64,000 nucleotides of DNA from positions 512,001 to 576,000 of the forward strand of contig CAVYTA010000005.1 of the NCBI GenBank assembly GCA_963771355.1. The letters are read 5' to 3'. Made by a program: the position numbers and the translations under genes. The notes under the pieces are model-generated. The model made no database searches. It was given only the letters and a program-made list of their open reading frames with translations, and was not told where the DNA came from. Of the stretch, positions 8,871-16,748 are shown piece by piece. Position 1 is the first letter of the stretch; every line of letters starts with the position of its first letter. The DNA is from an uncultured Candidatus Rokubacteria bacterium. GTDB lineage: Bacteria > Methylomirabilota > Methylomirabilia > Rokubacteriales > CSP1-6.

Positions 8871-9794
8871 ATGCGGTCCTTCCTGCTCCGGCGTCTCCTG
8901 CACGCGCTCGTCGTCGTCTGGGGTGTCGTCACCTTCGTGTTCTTTCTCGTCCGCCTCACCGGCGACCCCGCCGCCTTCCTCGTAGACCCCACCGCCACCC
9001 AGGCGGAGATCGAGCACACGCGCCGCCTGCTCGGACTCGACCGCCCCCTCGGCGTGCAGTACGCGGACTTCCTCCTCGCCATCGGGCGGGGCGACTTCGG
9101 CCAGTCCATCCAGGCGCGTCGACCCGCGCTCGGCATCGTCCTGGAGCATCTCTGGCCCGCGACGGCGGTGCTCGCGGCGGCCGCCCTCGTGCTCTCCACC
9201 GTGGCCGCCGTCCCGCTCGGCGTGCTCTCGGCCACGCATCGCGGCGGCTGGGTGGATCACGCGAGCCGGCTCGCCTCGCTCTTCCTGCAGTCCATGCCGG
9301 CGTTCTGGCTGGGTCTCATGCTGATCCTGCTCTTCGCCGTCGAGCTGGGCGGGTTGCTCCCGGCCTACGGGTCGGGATCGCTCCGCCACCTGATCCTCCC
9401 CGCGGTGACGCTCGCGGCGGCCCCGCTCGCCCAGAACGTGCGGCTCATCCGCTCGGGCATGCTCGAGGTGCTCGGCGAGGACTTCGTGCGCACCGCCCGC
9501 GCCAAGGGGCTGGCCGAGCGCGGCGTCATCTATCGCCACGCGCTCCGCAACGCCGCCTTGCCCGTCCTCACCGTCACCGGGCTTTCGCTGGGCTTCATGC
9601 TGAGCGGGGCCATCATCATCGAGACGGTGTTCTCCTGGCCCGGGCTCGGCCGGCTCATCGTGCAGGCGGTGCCCGGCCGTGACTTCCCGGTCATCCAGGC
9701 CGGGGTCTTCGTCTTCGCGGTGATCTTCGTCGCGGTGAACCTCGGCGTGGACCTCCTCTATACAGTGCTGGACCCGCGGGTGCGGCTCTCGTGA
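8871..9794 (+). CDS. Peptide ABC transporter permease (DppB-like)
   Basis: EDFVRTARAKGL EAA motif, ETVFSWPGLG, C-terminal LDPR. Confidence 0.92.
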   Translation: MRSFLLRRLLHALVVVWGVVTFVFFLVRLTGDPAAFLVDPTATQAEIEHTRRLLGLDRPLGVQYADFLLAIGRGDFGQSIQARRPALGIVLEHLWPATAVLAAAALVLSTVAAVPLGVLSATHRGGWVDHASRLASLFLQSMPAFWLGLMLILLFAVELGGLLPAYGSGSLRHLILPAVTLAAAPLAQNVRLIRSGMLEVLGEDFVRTARAKGLAERGVIYRHALRNAALPVLTVTGLSLGFMLSGAIIIETVFSWPGLGRLIVQAVPGRDFPVIQAGVFVFAVIFVAVNLGVDLLYTVLDPRVRLS

Positions 9795-10633
9795 GCCGCC
9801 GCCGCGACCTGCCCGCGCTGGCGGGGCTCGGTGTCATCGCCGCGGTGGTGGTGGTGGCGGCCTTCGCGCCCGCGCTGGCGCCGTCCGACCCCGTGAAGAA
9901 CCGCCTCCTCGACCGCCTCACCCCGCCCATGTGGGCGCAGGGCGGGAGCGCGCGGTATCCGCTCGGCACCGATACCCTCGGGCGCGACGTGCTGAGCCGG
10001 CTCCTCCACGGCGCGCGCATCTCGCTCATCGTGGGGCTCGCCGCCGTCCTCGTCGCGGGCGTGGTGGGGGTGGGACTGGGCCTGGTGGCCGGCTACCGTG
10101 GCGGCTGGGCCGACGATCTCCTCATGCGCCTGGGCGACATCCAGCTTGCCTTCCCCGTGCTCCTCCTCGGGGTGGCCGTCATCGCCGTCCTCGGCGCGAG
10201 CCTGGCCAACATGATCCTCGTGCTGGGGGCGAGCGGCTGGGTCACGTATGCGCGGATCGCGCGCGGCGAGACGCTCTCGCTCAAGGAGCGCGACTTCGTG
10301 GCGGCGGCGCGGGCCCTGGGGGCGCCGGCGAGCCACGTGGTGGCGCGGCATCTTCTCCCCAATGTCCTGCCGTCCCTCATGGTGGTGACGACCTTCTCGG
10401 TGGCGCGCACCATCATCGCGGAGGCTTCGCTGTCCTTCCTGGGGCTGGGCCTGCCGCCCCCCGCGCCGAGCTGGGGCGCCATGCTCGACGAGGGGCGGAA
10501 CTACATCACCACCGGCTGGTGGCTGGCGCTCTTCCCGGGGCTGGCCATCCTCCTGCTCGTGCTCGCCATCAACCTCTGCGGCGACTGGCTGCGTGACGCC
10601 CTGGACCCCCGTATGGAGAAAGGAATCGGATGA
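9791..10633 (+). CDS. Peptide ABC transporter permease (DppC-like)
   Basis: LGTDTLGRD, HLLPN and EASLSFLGLG motifs. Confidence 0.92.
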   Translation: MSRRRDLPALAGLGVIAAVVVVAAFAPALAPSDPVKNRLLDRLTPPMWAQGGSARYPLGTDTLGRDVLSRLLHGARISLIVGLAAVLVAGVVGVGLGLVAGYRGGWADDLLMRLGDIQLAFPVLLLGVAVIAVLGASLANMILVLGASGWVTYARIARGETLSLKERDFVAAARALGAPASHVVARHLLPNVLPSLMVVTTFSVARTIIAEASLSFLGLGLPPPAPSWGAMLDEGRNYITTGWWLALFPGLAILLLVLAINLCGDWLRDALDPRMEKGIG

Positions 10634-11091
10634 AGTACTGGGAAGACATCAAGCCGGGCGATACGAGCACGCTCGGCTCGTACACCGTCAGCGCCGAGGA
10701 GATCATCGCCTTCGCGAAGAAGTACGACCCGCAGCCCTTCCATCTGGACGAGGAGGCGGCGCGGCGCAGCATCTTCGGCGGTCTCATCGCCAGCGGCTGG
10801 CACTCGTGCGCGATCATGATGCGCCTGTCGGTGGAGGCCATGCGGCGTGAGGAGATGGCGGGGGTGGGCTCGCCCGGGATCGACTCCTGCCGCTGGCACA
10901 AGCCGGTGCGGGCGGGAGACACCGTCACCGTGCGCACCGAGATCACCGAGACCTGGCCCTCCCGGACCAAGCCGCTGGGCTTCATCCGCCGGAAGGCAGA
11001 GATGCTCAACCAGCATGGAGAAATCGTGCTCACCCTGATCGGCGTAGGGATGTTCCTGCGGCGCGAGGCCGCTCCGGGGAGTGCCGCGTGA
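10630..11091 (+). CDS. MaoC family dehydratase
   Basis: DPQPFHLD...FGGLIASGWH hydratase motif. Confidence 0.9.
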   Translation: MKYWEDIKPGDTSTLGSYTVSAEEIIAFAKKYDPQPFHLDEEAARRSIFGGLIASGWHSCAIMMRLSVEAMRREEMAGVGSPGIDSCRWHKPVRAGDTVTVRTEITETWPSRTKPLGFIRRKAEMLNQHGEIVLTLIGVGMFLRREAAPGSAA

Positions 11092-11558
11092 CCGATCTCA
11101 TCTATTTCGAGGACGTGAGGGTGGGCGACACCCATCGCTTCGGCCACTACGCGGTCACGCGCGAGGAGATCATCGAGTACGCGCGGCAGTTCGATCCTCA
11201 GCCCTTCCACGTGGACGAGGAGGCGGCTCGGCGGAGCATGTTCGGCGGCCTCATCGCGAGCGGCTGGCACACCGGCGCCATGCTCATCCGCATGCTCTGC
11301 GACCACGCCATTCCGGGCAGCGCCGCCACCGGGGCGCTGGGCTTCGACGATCTCAAATGGCTCAAGCCGGTGCGCCCGGGCGATGTCCTTGCCGTGGAGA
11401 CGGTGGTGCGCGAGAAGACCGAGTCGCGGAGCCGGCCGGATATCGGCGTGGTCAAGATCGAGAGCCGCGTTCACGACCAGCGGGACGAGACCAAGATGAC
11501 CCTGGTCTCCCTCGTGCTCTACCGGCGGCGGAGCGCGAGCCCGACGGCGACGACATGA
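11088..11558 (+). CDS. MaoC family dehydratase (tandem paralog)
   Basis: DPQPFHVD...FGGLIASGWH motif. Confidence 0.9.
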   Translation: MTDLIYFEDVRVGDTHRFGHYAVTREEIIEYARQFDPQPFHVDEEAARRSMFGGLIASGWHTGAMLIRMLCDHAIPGSAATGALGFDDLKWLKPVRPGDVLAVETVVREKTESRSRPDIGVVKIESRVHDQRDETKMTLVSLVLYRRRSASPTATT

Positions 11559-11582
11559 GGCGGATCTCGCGGCGCTGGGCGC

Positions 11583-12185
11583 TCACGGTGGAGGAGTGGC
11601 GCCCCCGCCGGACGCGCCGAACGGGAACGTCCGGTGGACAGCCCAGCGCGTGATGCCGTCCTCCTCGCCCACCTGGCGGAGGAGCGTCACGTTGTCGAAG
11701 GCGGCGCCGAAGTGCCGCTCGCGGGCGGGCAGAAACGCCCAGAGGTCGGCGAAGCGGGGCCGGCAGTACTCGGCCACCGTCATGTGCGGGCGGAGGCGCT
11801 CGCCGTCGTGCGGCCCCCACGGGAGCCACGCCAGGCCTCGCAGCGCCGCGTGCAGCGACGCCAGCGTGGCCCGCGCCGCCGCCGATAGCGCCACGTTCAC
11901 CCAGACCACGTCTTCGTCGAAGTGCCGGAATCCGCCCACCTCGATGGGACCCGGGCGATTCGTGCGGGCGAACGTCTCGAGGAGCGCCTCGACCGGCGCG
12001 ATGTCCGCGGTCTCGAAGTGGTACTTGACCGTGAAGTGGGCGGGAATGTCCTGCCGGAGGGTGAAGGGGAGGTCGAAGCGCGCGGCGATCTCCGCCACGA
12101 GCGCGCGGTGATACTCGCGCACCGCACCGCCGAAGAAGCACGGGAGAATGTAGCGCGCGGGGGCCTGGCCGCCGGTCCATTGCAC
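11583..12185 (-). CDS. 2H phosphoesterase / 2'-5' RNA ligase family protein
   Basis: Two HxT motifs (PAHFTV, RPHMTV); GTG start at 12185 lies 7 nt after a TAGACT -10 box. Confidence 0.8.
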   Translation of the reverse strand: MQWTGGQAPARYILPCFFGGAVREYHRALVAEIAARFDLPFTLRQDIPAHFTVKYHFETADIAPVEALLETFARTNRPGPIEVGGFRHFDEDVVWVNVALSAAARATLASLHAALRGLAWLPWGPHDGERLRPHMTVAEYCRPRFADLWAFLPARERHFGAAFDNVTLLRQVGEEDGITRWAVHRTFPFGASGGGATPPP

Positions 12186-12214
12186 GCCGCCTAGTCTAAG
12201 GTAGACTGGCCGCG
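12186..12214. promoter_or_regulatory. Back-to-back -10 elements for two divergent, probably leaderless genes
   Basis: AGTCTA-AGG-TAGACT inverted repeat; each TAGACT lies 7 nt before a start codon and no SD is visible. Confidence 0.6.
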
Positions 12215-12844
12215 ATGAAAGAGTCCCTGCCCGAGCCATTACCCGCCGACCCCTTGCCGCTGGCCGAGGCCTGGCTCGCCGAGGCGATGAAGGCGGTGAA
12301 GACGGCGACCGCGATGACGCTCGCGACCGTGGACCCCGACGGAAATCCCACCGCGCGCATGGTGATTTGCCGGGGCCTCGACGTGAAGGCAGGCTGGCTC
12401 GTCTTCTATACCGACCGCGAGAGCGCCAAGGGGCGCGCGCTCGCCGCTCGGCCGCGCGCCGCCGCCGTCTTTCACTGGGACGTGTTCGAGCGCCAGATAC
12501 GGGTGGAGGGTCCGGTGACGCTCGCGCCCGACGCCGACTCGGACCGCTACTGGAATACGCGGCCGGTGGAGGCGCAGGTCGCAGCATCGGCGAGTGCGCA
12601 GAGCCAGCCCATTCCGTCTCGCGCGGCGTTCCTGGCGAGGATCGAGGCGGTGACGCGAGGCGCGGCCGACGGGGTATCGCGGCCGCCGCGCTGGGGTGGC
12701 TACCTGATCTGGGCGGAGCGGGTGGAGCTCTGGGTCGGTCAGCCCGGCCGCGCCCACGACCGCGCCGTCTGGACGCGCGCGCTGGCTCCCACGATAGACG
12801 GGTTTTCCGGCGGCGGCTGGACCGGCACCCGGCTCATGCCATGA
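12215..12844 (+). CDS. pdxH: Pyridoxamine 5'-phosphate oxidase
   Basis: MTLATVD..G.PTARMV, FYT..ES.KG, RQIRVEG, SAQS, WGGY, ELWVG..RAHDR and RLMP motifs. Confidence 0.9.
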   Translation: MKESLPEPLPADPLPLAEAWLAEAMKAVKTATAMTLATVDPDGNPTARMVICRGLDVKAGWLVFYTDRESAKGRALAARPRAAAVFHWDVFERQIRVEGPVTLAPDADSDRYWNTRPVEAQVAASASAQSQPIPSRAAFLARIEAVTRGAADGVSRPPRWGGYLIWAERVELWVGQPGRAHDRAVWTRALAPTIDGFSGGGWTGTRLMP

Positions 12845-12860
12845 GCGGAGGCTCTTCCCC

Positions 12861-13817
12861 ATGCTGACCGAGATCGTTGCCGCGCCCCGCGCCTGGCATG
12901 GCCCCACGCTCAGTCCCGATCGCTACCTCCTTCCCATTCCCGACGCGTGCCTGCGCGAGCTCGACGCGGTGGTGGCGGAGCTGCGGAGGGGGCCGGTGCC
13001 CACCCTGCTCCTCGAGCCCGCTCACTTCCAGCTGGAGGCCTGCGGGCGCCTGATGGCCACCGCGCGGGCCCACCTCGACGAGGGAACCGGCGTGGTGGTG
13101 CTGGATCGCCTGCCGCTGGACCGCATGAGCGCGTCCGAGGCGGTGGACGTGTACTGGCTGCTCGCCAATTTCCTCGAGCCGCCGGTGGCGCAGGAGTGGA
13201 AGGGGACGGTGATCTACGACGTGCGCCACGACGGCGGGGCCTATGGCGAGGATACCCGCGGCGCGCTCACGCCGGTGAGCCTCGAGATGCACACCGACAG
13301 CAGCATGGGCGAGGCACCTCCCAACTACCTCGGGCTTCTCTGCCTCGAGACCGCGAAGTCGGGCGGGATGAGCATCGTGTCGAGCGCGCTCGCCGCCCAC
13401 AACCACTTCCTCGAGACCGCGCCCGCTCTGCTCGAGCGTCTGTATCAGGTCTTCTATCGCGATCATCAGGAGTATCAGGCGGCTGACGCCGCCGCGACGA
13501 ATTTCCGGCCGGTATTCGCCTGGGACGGCCGGCTGCGCACGCGCTTCAACGCGCGCCACACCTTCCGGGGCTACGAGAAAACGGGCCGCGTGCTGGACGA
13601 CGCCGGGCGCGAGGCGGTGGCGCGCATGGATGCCTTCTTGCAGGATCCCGCCCACCGCCTGGACCTCTGGCTCGAGCGCGGCCAGATCCAGTTCCTCAAT
13701 AACCGCTTCGTGGTCCACGGCCGCACGAACTACGTGGACCACGACGACCCCGCGCGGCACCGCCACCTCGTCCGGCTCTGGCTCCGCGCCGGCGATCGCC
13801 GCCACTTCCGCGGCTGA
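12861..13817 (+). CDS. TauD/TfdA family 2OG-Fe(II) dioxygenase
   Basis: HTD...HGR facial triad; RHLVRLWL. Confidence 0.88.
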   Translation: MLTEIVAAPRAWHGPTLSPDRYLLPIPDACLRELDAVVAELRRGPVPTLLLEPAHFQLEACGRLMATARAHLDEGTGVVVLDRLPLDRMSASEAVDVYWLLANFLEPPVAQEWKGTVIYDVRHDGGAYGEDTRGALTPVSLEMHTDSSMGEAPPNYLGLLCLETAKSGGMSIVSSALAAHNHFLETAPALLERLYQVFYRDHQEYQAADAAATNFRPVFAWDGRLRTRFNARHTFRGYEKTGRVLDDAGREAVARMDAFLQDPAHRLDLWLERGQIQFLNNRFVVHGRTNYVDHDDPARHRHLVRLWLRAGDRRHFRG

Positions 13818-13962
13818 ACGCGCGCGAGGGGGCGAGTCGGGGCCGGCGGTCCCTTCCGGGACACTCGCGCGGGATGACAATTTTTGAACGTCCGTTGATC
13901 TAGATCGTCAGCGCGATTCCCTGACATCCCTAACGAATTCGATGATTTGCGCGCATTATCAG

Positions 13963-13979
13963 TTGGCACCCCCCGTGCA
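13963..13979 (+). promoter_or_regulatory. Sigma54 -24/-12 promoter of the pilin gene
   Basis: TTGGCACCCCCCGTGCA with exact GG-N10-GC spacing, upstream of the pilin in an AT-richer intergenic region. Confidence 0.75.
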
Positions 13980-14053
13980 ACCATAGGAGGCGAAGATCCT
14001 GACGGGGATCCAATACAACAAATCAGAAAATAAAGAAAAAAGGGGAAATAGAA

Positions 14054-14458
14054 ATGCTGAGCTTCTGGCACAAGAAGCGGAAGATGCTGGGCAACCAGCG
14101 CGGCTTCACGCTCATCGAGCTCATGATCGTGGTGGCCATCATCGGTATCCTGGCGGCCATCGCCATCCCGCTGTACGCGAACATCCAGGCTCGCGCCCGC
14201 ATCGCCAAGGCGCAGGCCGACGCCCGTACGCTCGCCTCCGCGGTGAGCATGTACTCGGCCCACATGGGCACGCTCCCGGGCGCGCTCAGCGACCTCAACT
14301 CGGCTCAGACGAACAACCTGGGGCAGACGGCTGGCCCGTTCATGGCCTCCACCCCCGCGTCGCCCGCTGGCTGGACGGCGTATGGGTATACCTCGGCGGC
14401 GGCGGGGACGTTCTCCATCTCGGCCTCCGGCGACGCGACCACCGTCAGCCTGCCGTAA
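14054..14458 (+). CDS. pilA: Type IVa pilin (probable major pilin)
   Basis: Class III signal NQRG|FTLIELMIVVAIIGILAAIAIP; has its own sigma54 promoter and terminator. Confidence 0.85.
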   Translation: MLSFWHKKRKMLGNQRGFTLIELMIVVAIIGILAAIAIPLYANIQARARIAKAQADARTLASAVSMYSAHMGTLPGALSDLNSAQTNNLGQTAGPFMASTPASPAGWTAYGYTSAAAGTFSISASGDATTVSLP

Positions 14459-14500
14459 CGACCTGTACTCACTGCCGGGCACTCACCGCCCGGCACTCGC

Positions 14501-14540
14501 AAACGGGGGAGGGGCGATTGCCCCTCCCCCGCGTTTGTTT
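14501..14540 (+). terminator. Intrinsic terminator after the pilin, probably bidirectional
   Basis: GGGGGAGGGGC-GATT-GCCCCTCCCCC hairpin followed by GTTTGTTT, between convergent genes. Confidence 0.8.
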
Positions 14541-15652
14541 TAGTTCGGCACGATGGCCGCGCGCGTCACGTGCCCCTTGTCCTGCTGGGTGAAGGCCTCG
14601 TTGATCTCCTCGAGCGGGAACTTGTGGGAGACCACCTTGTCCCACGGATACTTCGTGAGCGTGCGCCGCATGAGGTCGAGCGCCCCGCGGAGGTGCTCGG
14701 CCTCGTAGTGGGCGAGTCCGATGATGCGACGGTTCCCGAAGATGATCCAGGAGGGATCGAACTCCGCCTTCCAGCCCACGTTGATGTTGCCGATCTCGAG
14801 ATAGGTGCCCTCGGGGGCGGTCATGCGCAAGCCCTCGTCCACCACGCCGGGATTGCCCACCAGCTCCAGCACCACGTCGCCGCCCCAGCCGTCGGTGAGC
14901 TGCTTGACGCGTGCGATGCGCTCGGCGGCGCTGGAGTCGCGGCGGAGGTCCACCACGTCGGTGGCGCCGAACTTCTTCGCCAGCTCGAGCCGCTCGTCCA
15001 CCCCGTCGATCACCACCACCTGGCTGGCGCCCATCTCCCGCGCCACCGCGCACGCATAGACGCCGAGTCCGCCTGCGCCCTGCACCACCACGGTCTGCCC
15101 CGCCTTCAGCCCGGCGATGTCGAGCCCGGCGTACACCTGCGTGTAGGCGCAGTTGATGCCCGCCGCCATCTCGTCCGTGATCTCGTCGCCCAGCTTGAAC
15201 ACGGCGTGATTGGGCCGGAGGTAGAAGTACTGGCCGAAGCCGCCCTGGAAATGCGGCCACACCTCGCACGAGACCAGCCAGTTCGCCTGGCGCACCGGGC
15301 AGGACTTGAATTGCCGGCGGAGGCAGGCCTTGCAGCGGCCGCAGGGGAAGAAGTAGCGGTACAGCACCCGGTCGCCGACCTTGAGTGGCTGGCCGGCGGA
15401 GTCGGCGGTGACGCCGGGACCGAGCTTGGCCACCGTGCCCACGTGCTCGTGGCCGGTGTTGAGCGGCAGGGGCCGTCCCATCTTCTTGTAGTCCTGCTCG
15501 CCGCGCCAGTAGTGCATGTCCGAGCCGCAGACATTGGCGAGCGCGATCTTGACCAGGATGGCGCCCGGCTCGGGCTCGGGGACGGGATACTCGCGGATCT
15601 CGAACGGGGTGCCGGTTCCGTGGAACACGGCCAGTTGCGCGGTGTCAGGCAT
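14540..15652 (-). CDS. Zinc-binding alcohol dehydrogenase family protein
   Basis: CGSD, GHE, CGRCKAC...C zinc motifs and GAGGLG. Confidence 0.92.
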   Translation of the reverse strand: MPDTAQLAVFHGTGTPFEIREYPVPEPEPGAILVKIALANVCGSDMHYWRGEQDYKKMGRPLPLNTGHEHVGTVAKLGPGVTADSAGQPLKVGDRVLYRYFFPCGRCKACLRRQFKSCPVRQANWLVSCEVWPHFQGGFGQYFYLRPNHAVFKLGDEITDEMAAGINCAYTQVYAGLDIAGLKAGQTVVVQGAGGLGVYACAVAREMGASQVVVIDGVDERLELAKKFGATDVVDLRRDSSAAERIARVKQLTDGWGGDVVLELVGNPGVVDEGLRMTAPEGTYLEIGNINVGWKAEFDPSWIIFGNRRIIGLAHYEAEHLRGALDLMRRTLTKYPWDKVVSHKFPLEEINEAFTQQDKGHVTRAAIVPN

Positions 15653-15665
15653 GGCGATCTCCTCT

Positions 15666-16748
15666 CTAGTAGCCTTCGCCCAGCAGGGGGAAGGCGCTGG
15701 TGGCATGCGGCAGCGTCACCGGCGTGGCCGGCCGGAGGTAGCTCGGATCCAGCGCGGAAAGTCGCGTGACGCCCAGGAGGCCCAGCGCGATCCGCACCTC
15801 GTCCTCCAGCAGCTCCAGGGTGCGGACGAGTCCGGGCGCCGCCGCGGCGGCGAGGCCGCAGCAGGCCAGGCGTCCGAGGCCGACGACATCGGCGCCGAGC
15901 GCGATCGCCTTGACGATGTCGGTCCCGCGCGCGTAGCCGCCGTCGACGAAGACGGTGGCGCGGCCGCCCACCGCGGCCACCACCTCGGGCAACACCTCGG
16001 TACTGCCCGCGCCGTGGTCGAGCTGGCGCCCGCCGTGGTTGGAGACGTAGACCCCGTCCACCCCGTGCTCGACCGCGATGCCGGCGTCCTCGGCGGTGGC
16101 GATACCCTTGAGAATGAGCGGGATGGAGTGCCGGTCCTTGAACCGCTTGACCTGCTCCCAGGACAGCGCCGCCTGGTAGTCCACGCCGGTGACGTTCTGG
16201 CGCCAGGGCTTCACGAAGCGCCGGGCGAGGTCGCGCTCGCGACGGCTGTACATGGCGGTGTCCACCGTCATGCAGAAGGCGGCATAGCCGTGATTGATGG
16301 CCCGCTTCACGTAGTCGTCCACGAACTGGTCGTCGCCGCGCACGTAGAGCTGGAAGATGCGGAAGTTGTCGGCGGCGGCGGCGGTGGCCTCGAGCCCCGG
16401 GTTGCACGCGGAAGACAGCATCTGCGGCACGCCGAACTCGGCGGAGCCCACCGCGGCGGTGGCGCCGCCGCCCGGCGTGAAGGACTCGATGGAGCCGATG
16501 GGGGCCAGCATCACGGGCAGCCGCACGCGCCGGCCGAAGAGGGTGGAAGAGGGGTCCACCCCGCGCACGTCGCGCAACACGCGCGGGCGGAGGGCGAGGG
16601 AATCCAGGGACTGGCGGTTGCGGCGGAGCGTGGTCTCGGTCTCGGTGCCGCCCATGAGGTAGTCCCACGGGCCGGGGGCGAGGTTGTGCTTTGCCGCCTT
16701 GACGATCTCGTGCAGGGTCTGGAACCGCTCGGCCAGGTTGGACGTCAT
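15666..16748 (-). CDS. FMN-dependent alpha-hydroxy acid oxidase/dehydrogenase
   Basis: LKGI, SNHGGRQLD and DGG..RGTDIVKAIALGA motifs. Confidence 0.93.
   Translation of the reverse strand: MTSNLAERFQTLHEIVKAAKHNLAPGPWDYLMGGTETETTLRRNRQSLDSLALRPRVLRDVRGVDPSSTLFGRRVRLPVMLAPIGSIESFTPGGGATAAVGSAEFGVPQMLSSACNPGLEATAAAADNFRIFQLYVRGDDQFVDDYVKRAINHGYAAFCMTVDTAMYSRRERDLARRFVKPWRQNVTGVDYQAALSWEQVKRFKDRHSIPLILKGIATAEDAGIAVEHGVDGVYVSNHGGRQLDHGAGSTEVLPEVVAAVGGRATVFVDGGYARGTDIVKAIALGADVVGLGRLACCGLAAAAAPGLVRTLELLEDEVRIALGLLGVTRLSALDPSYLRPATPVTLPHATSAFPLLGEGY

Noticed and set aside
11583..12185. 2H phosphoesterase as an anti-CBASS or defence gene
   Set aside because: Housekeeping context next to pdxH; no phage or defence genes nearby.
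14054..14458. Pilin as a conductive e-pilin
   Set aside because: Too long and too sparse in aromatic residues (F1, Y24, Y50 and few others) compared with Geobacter-type short pilins.
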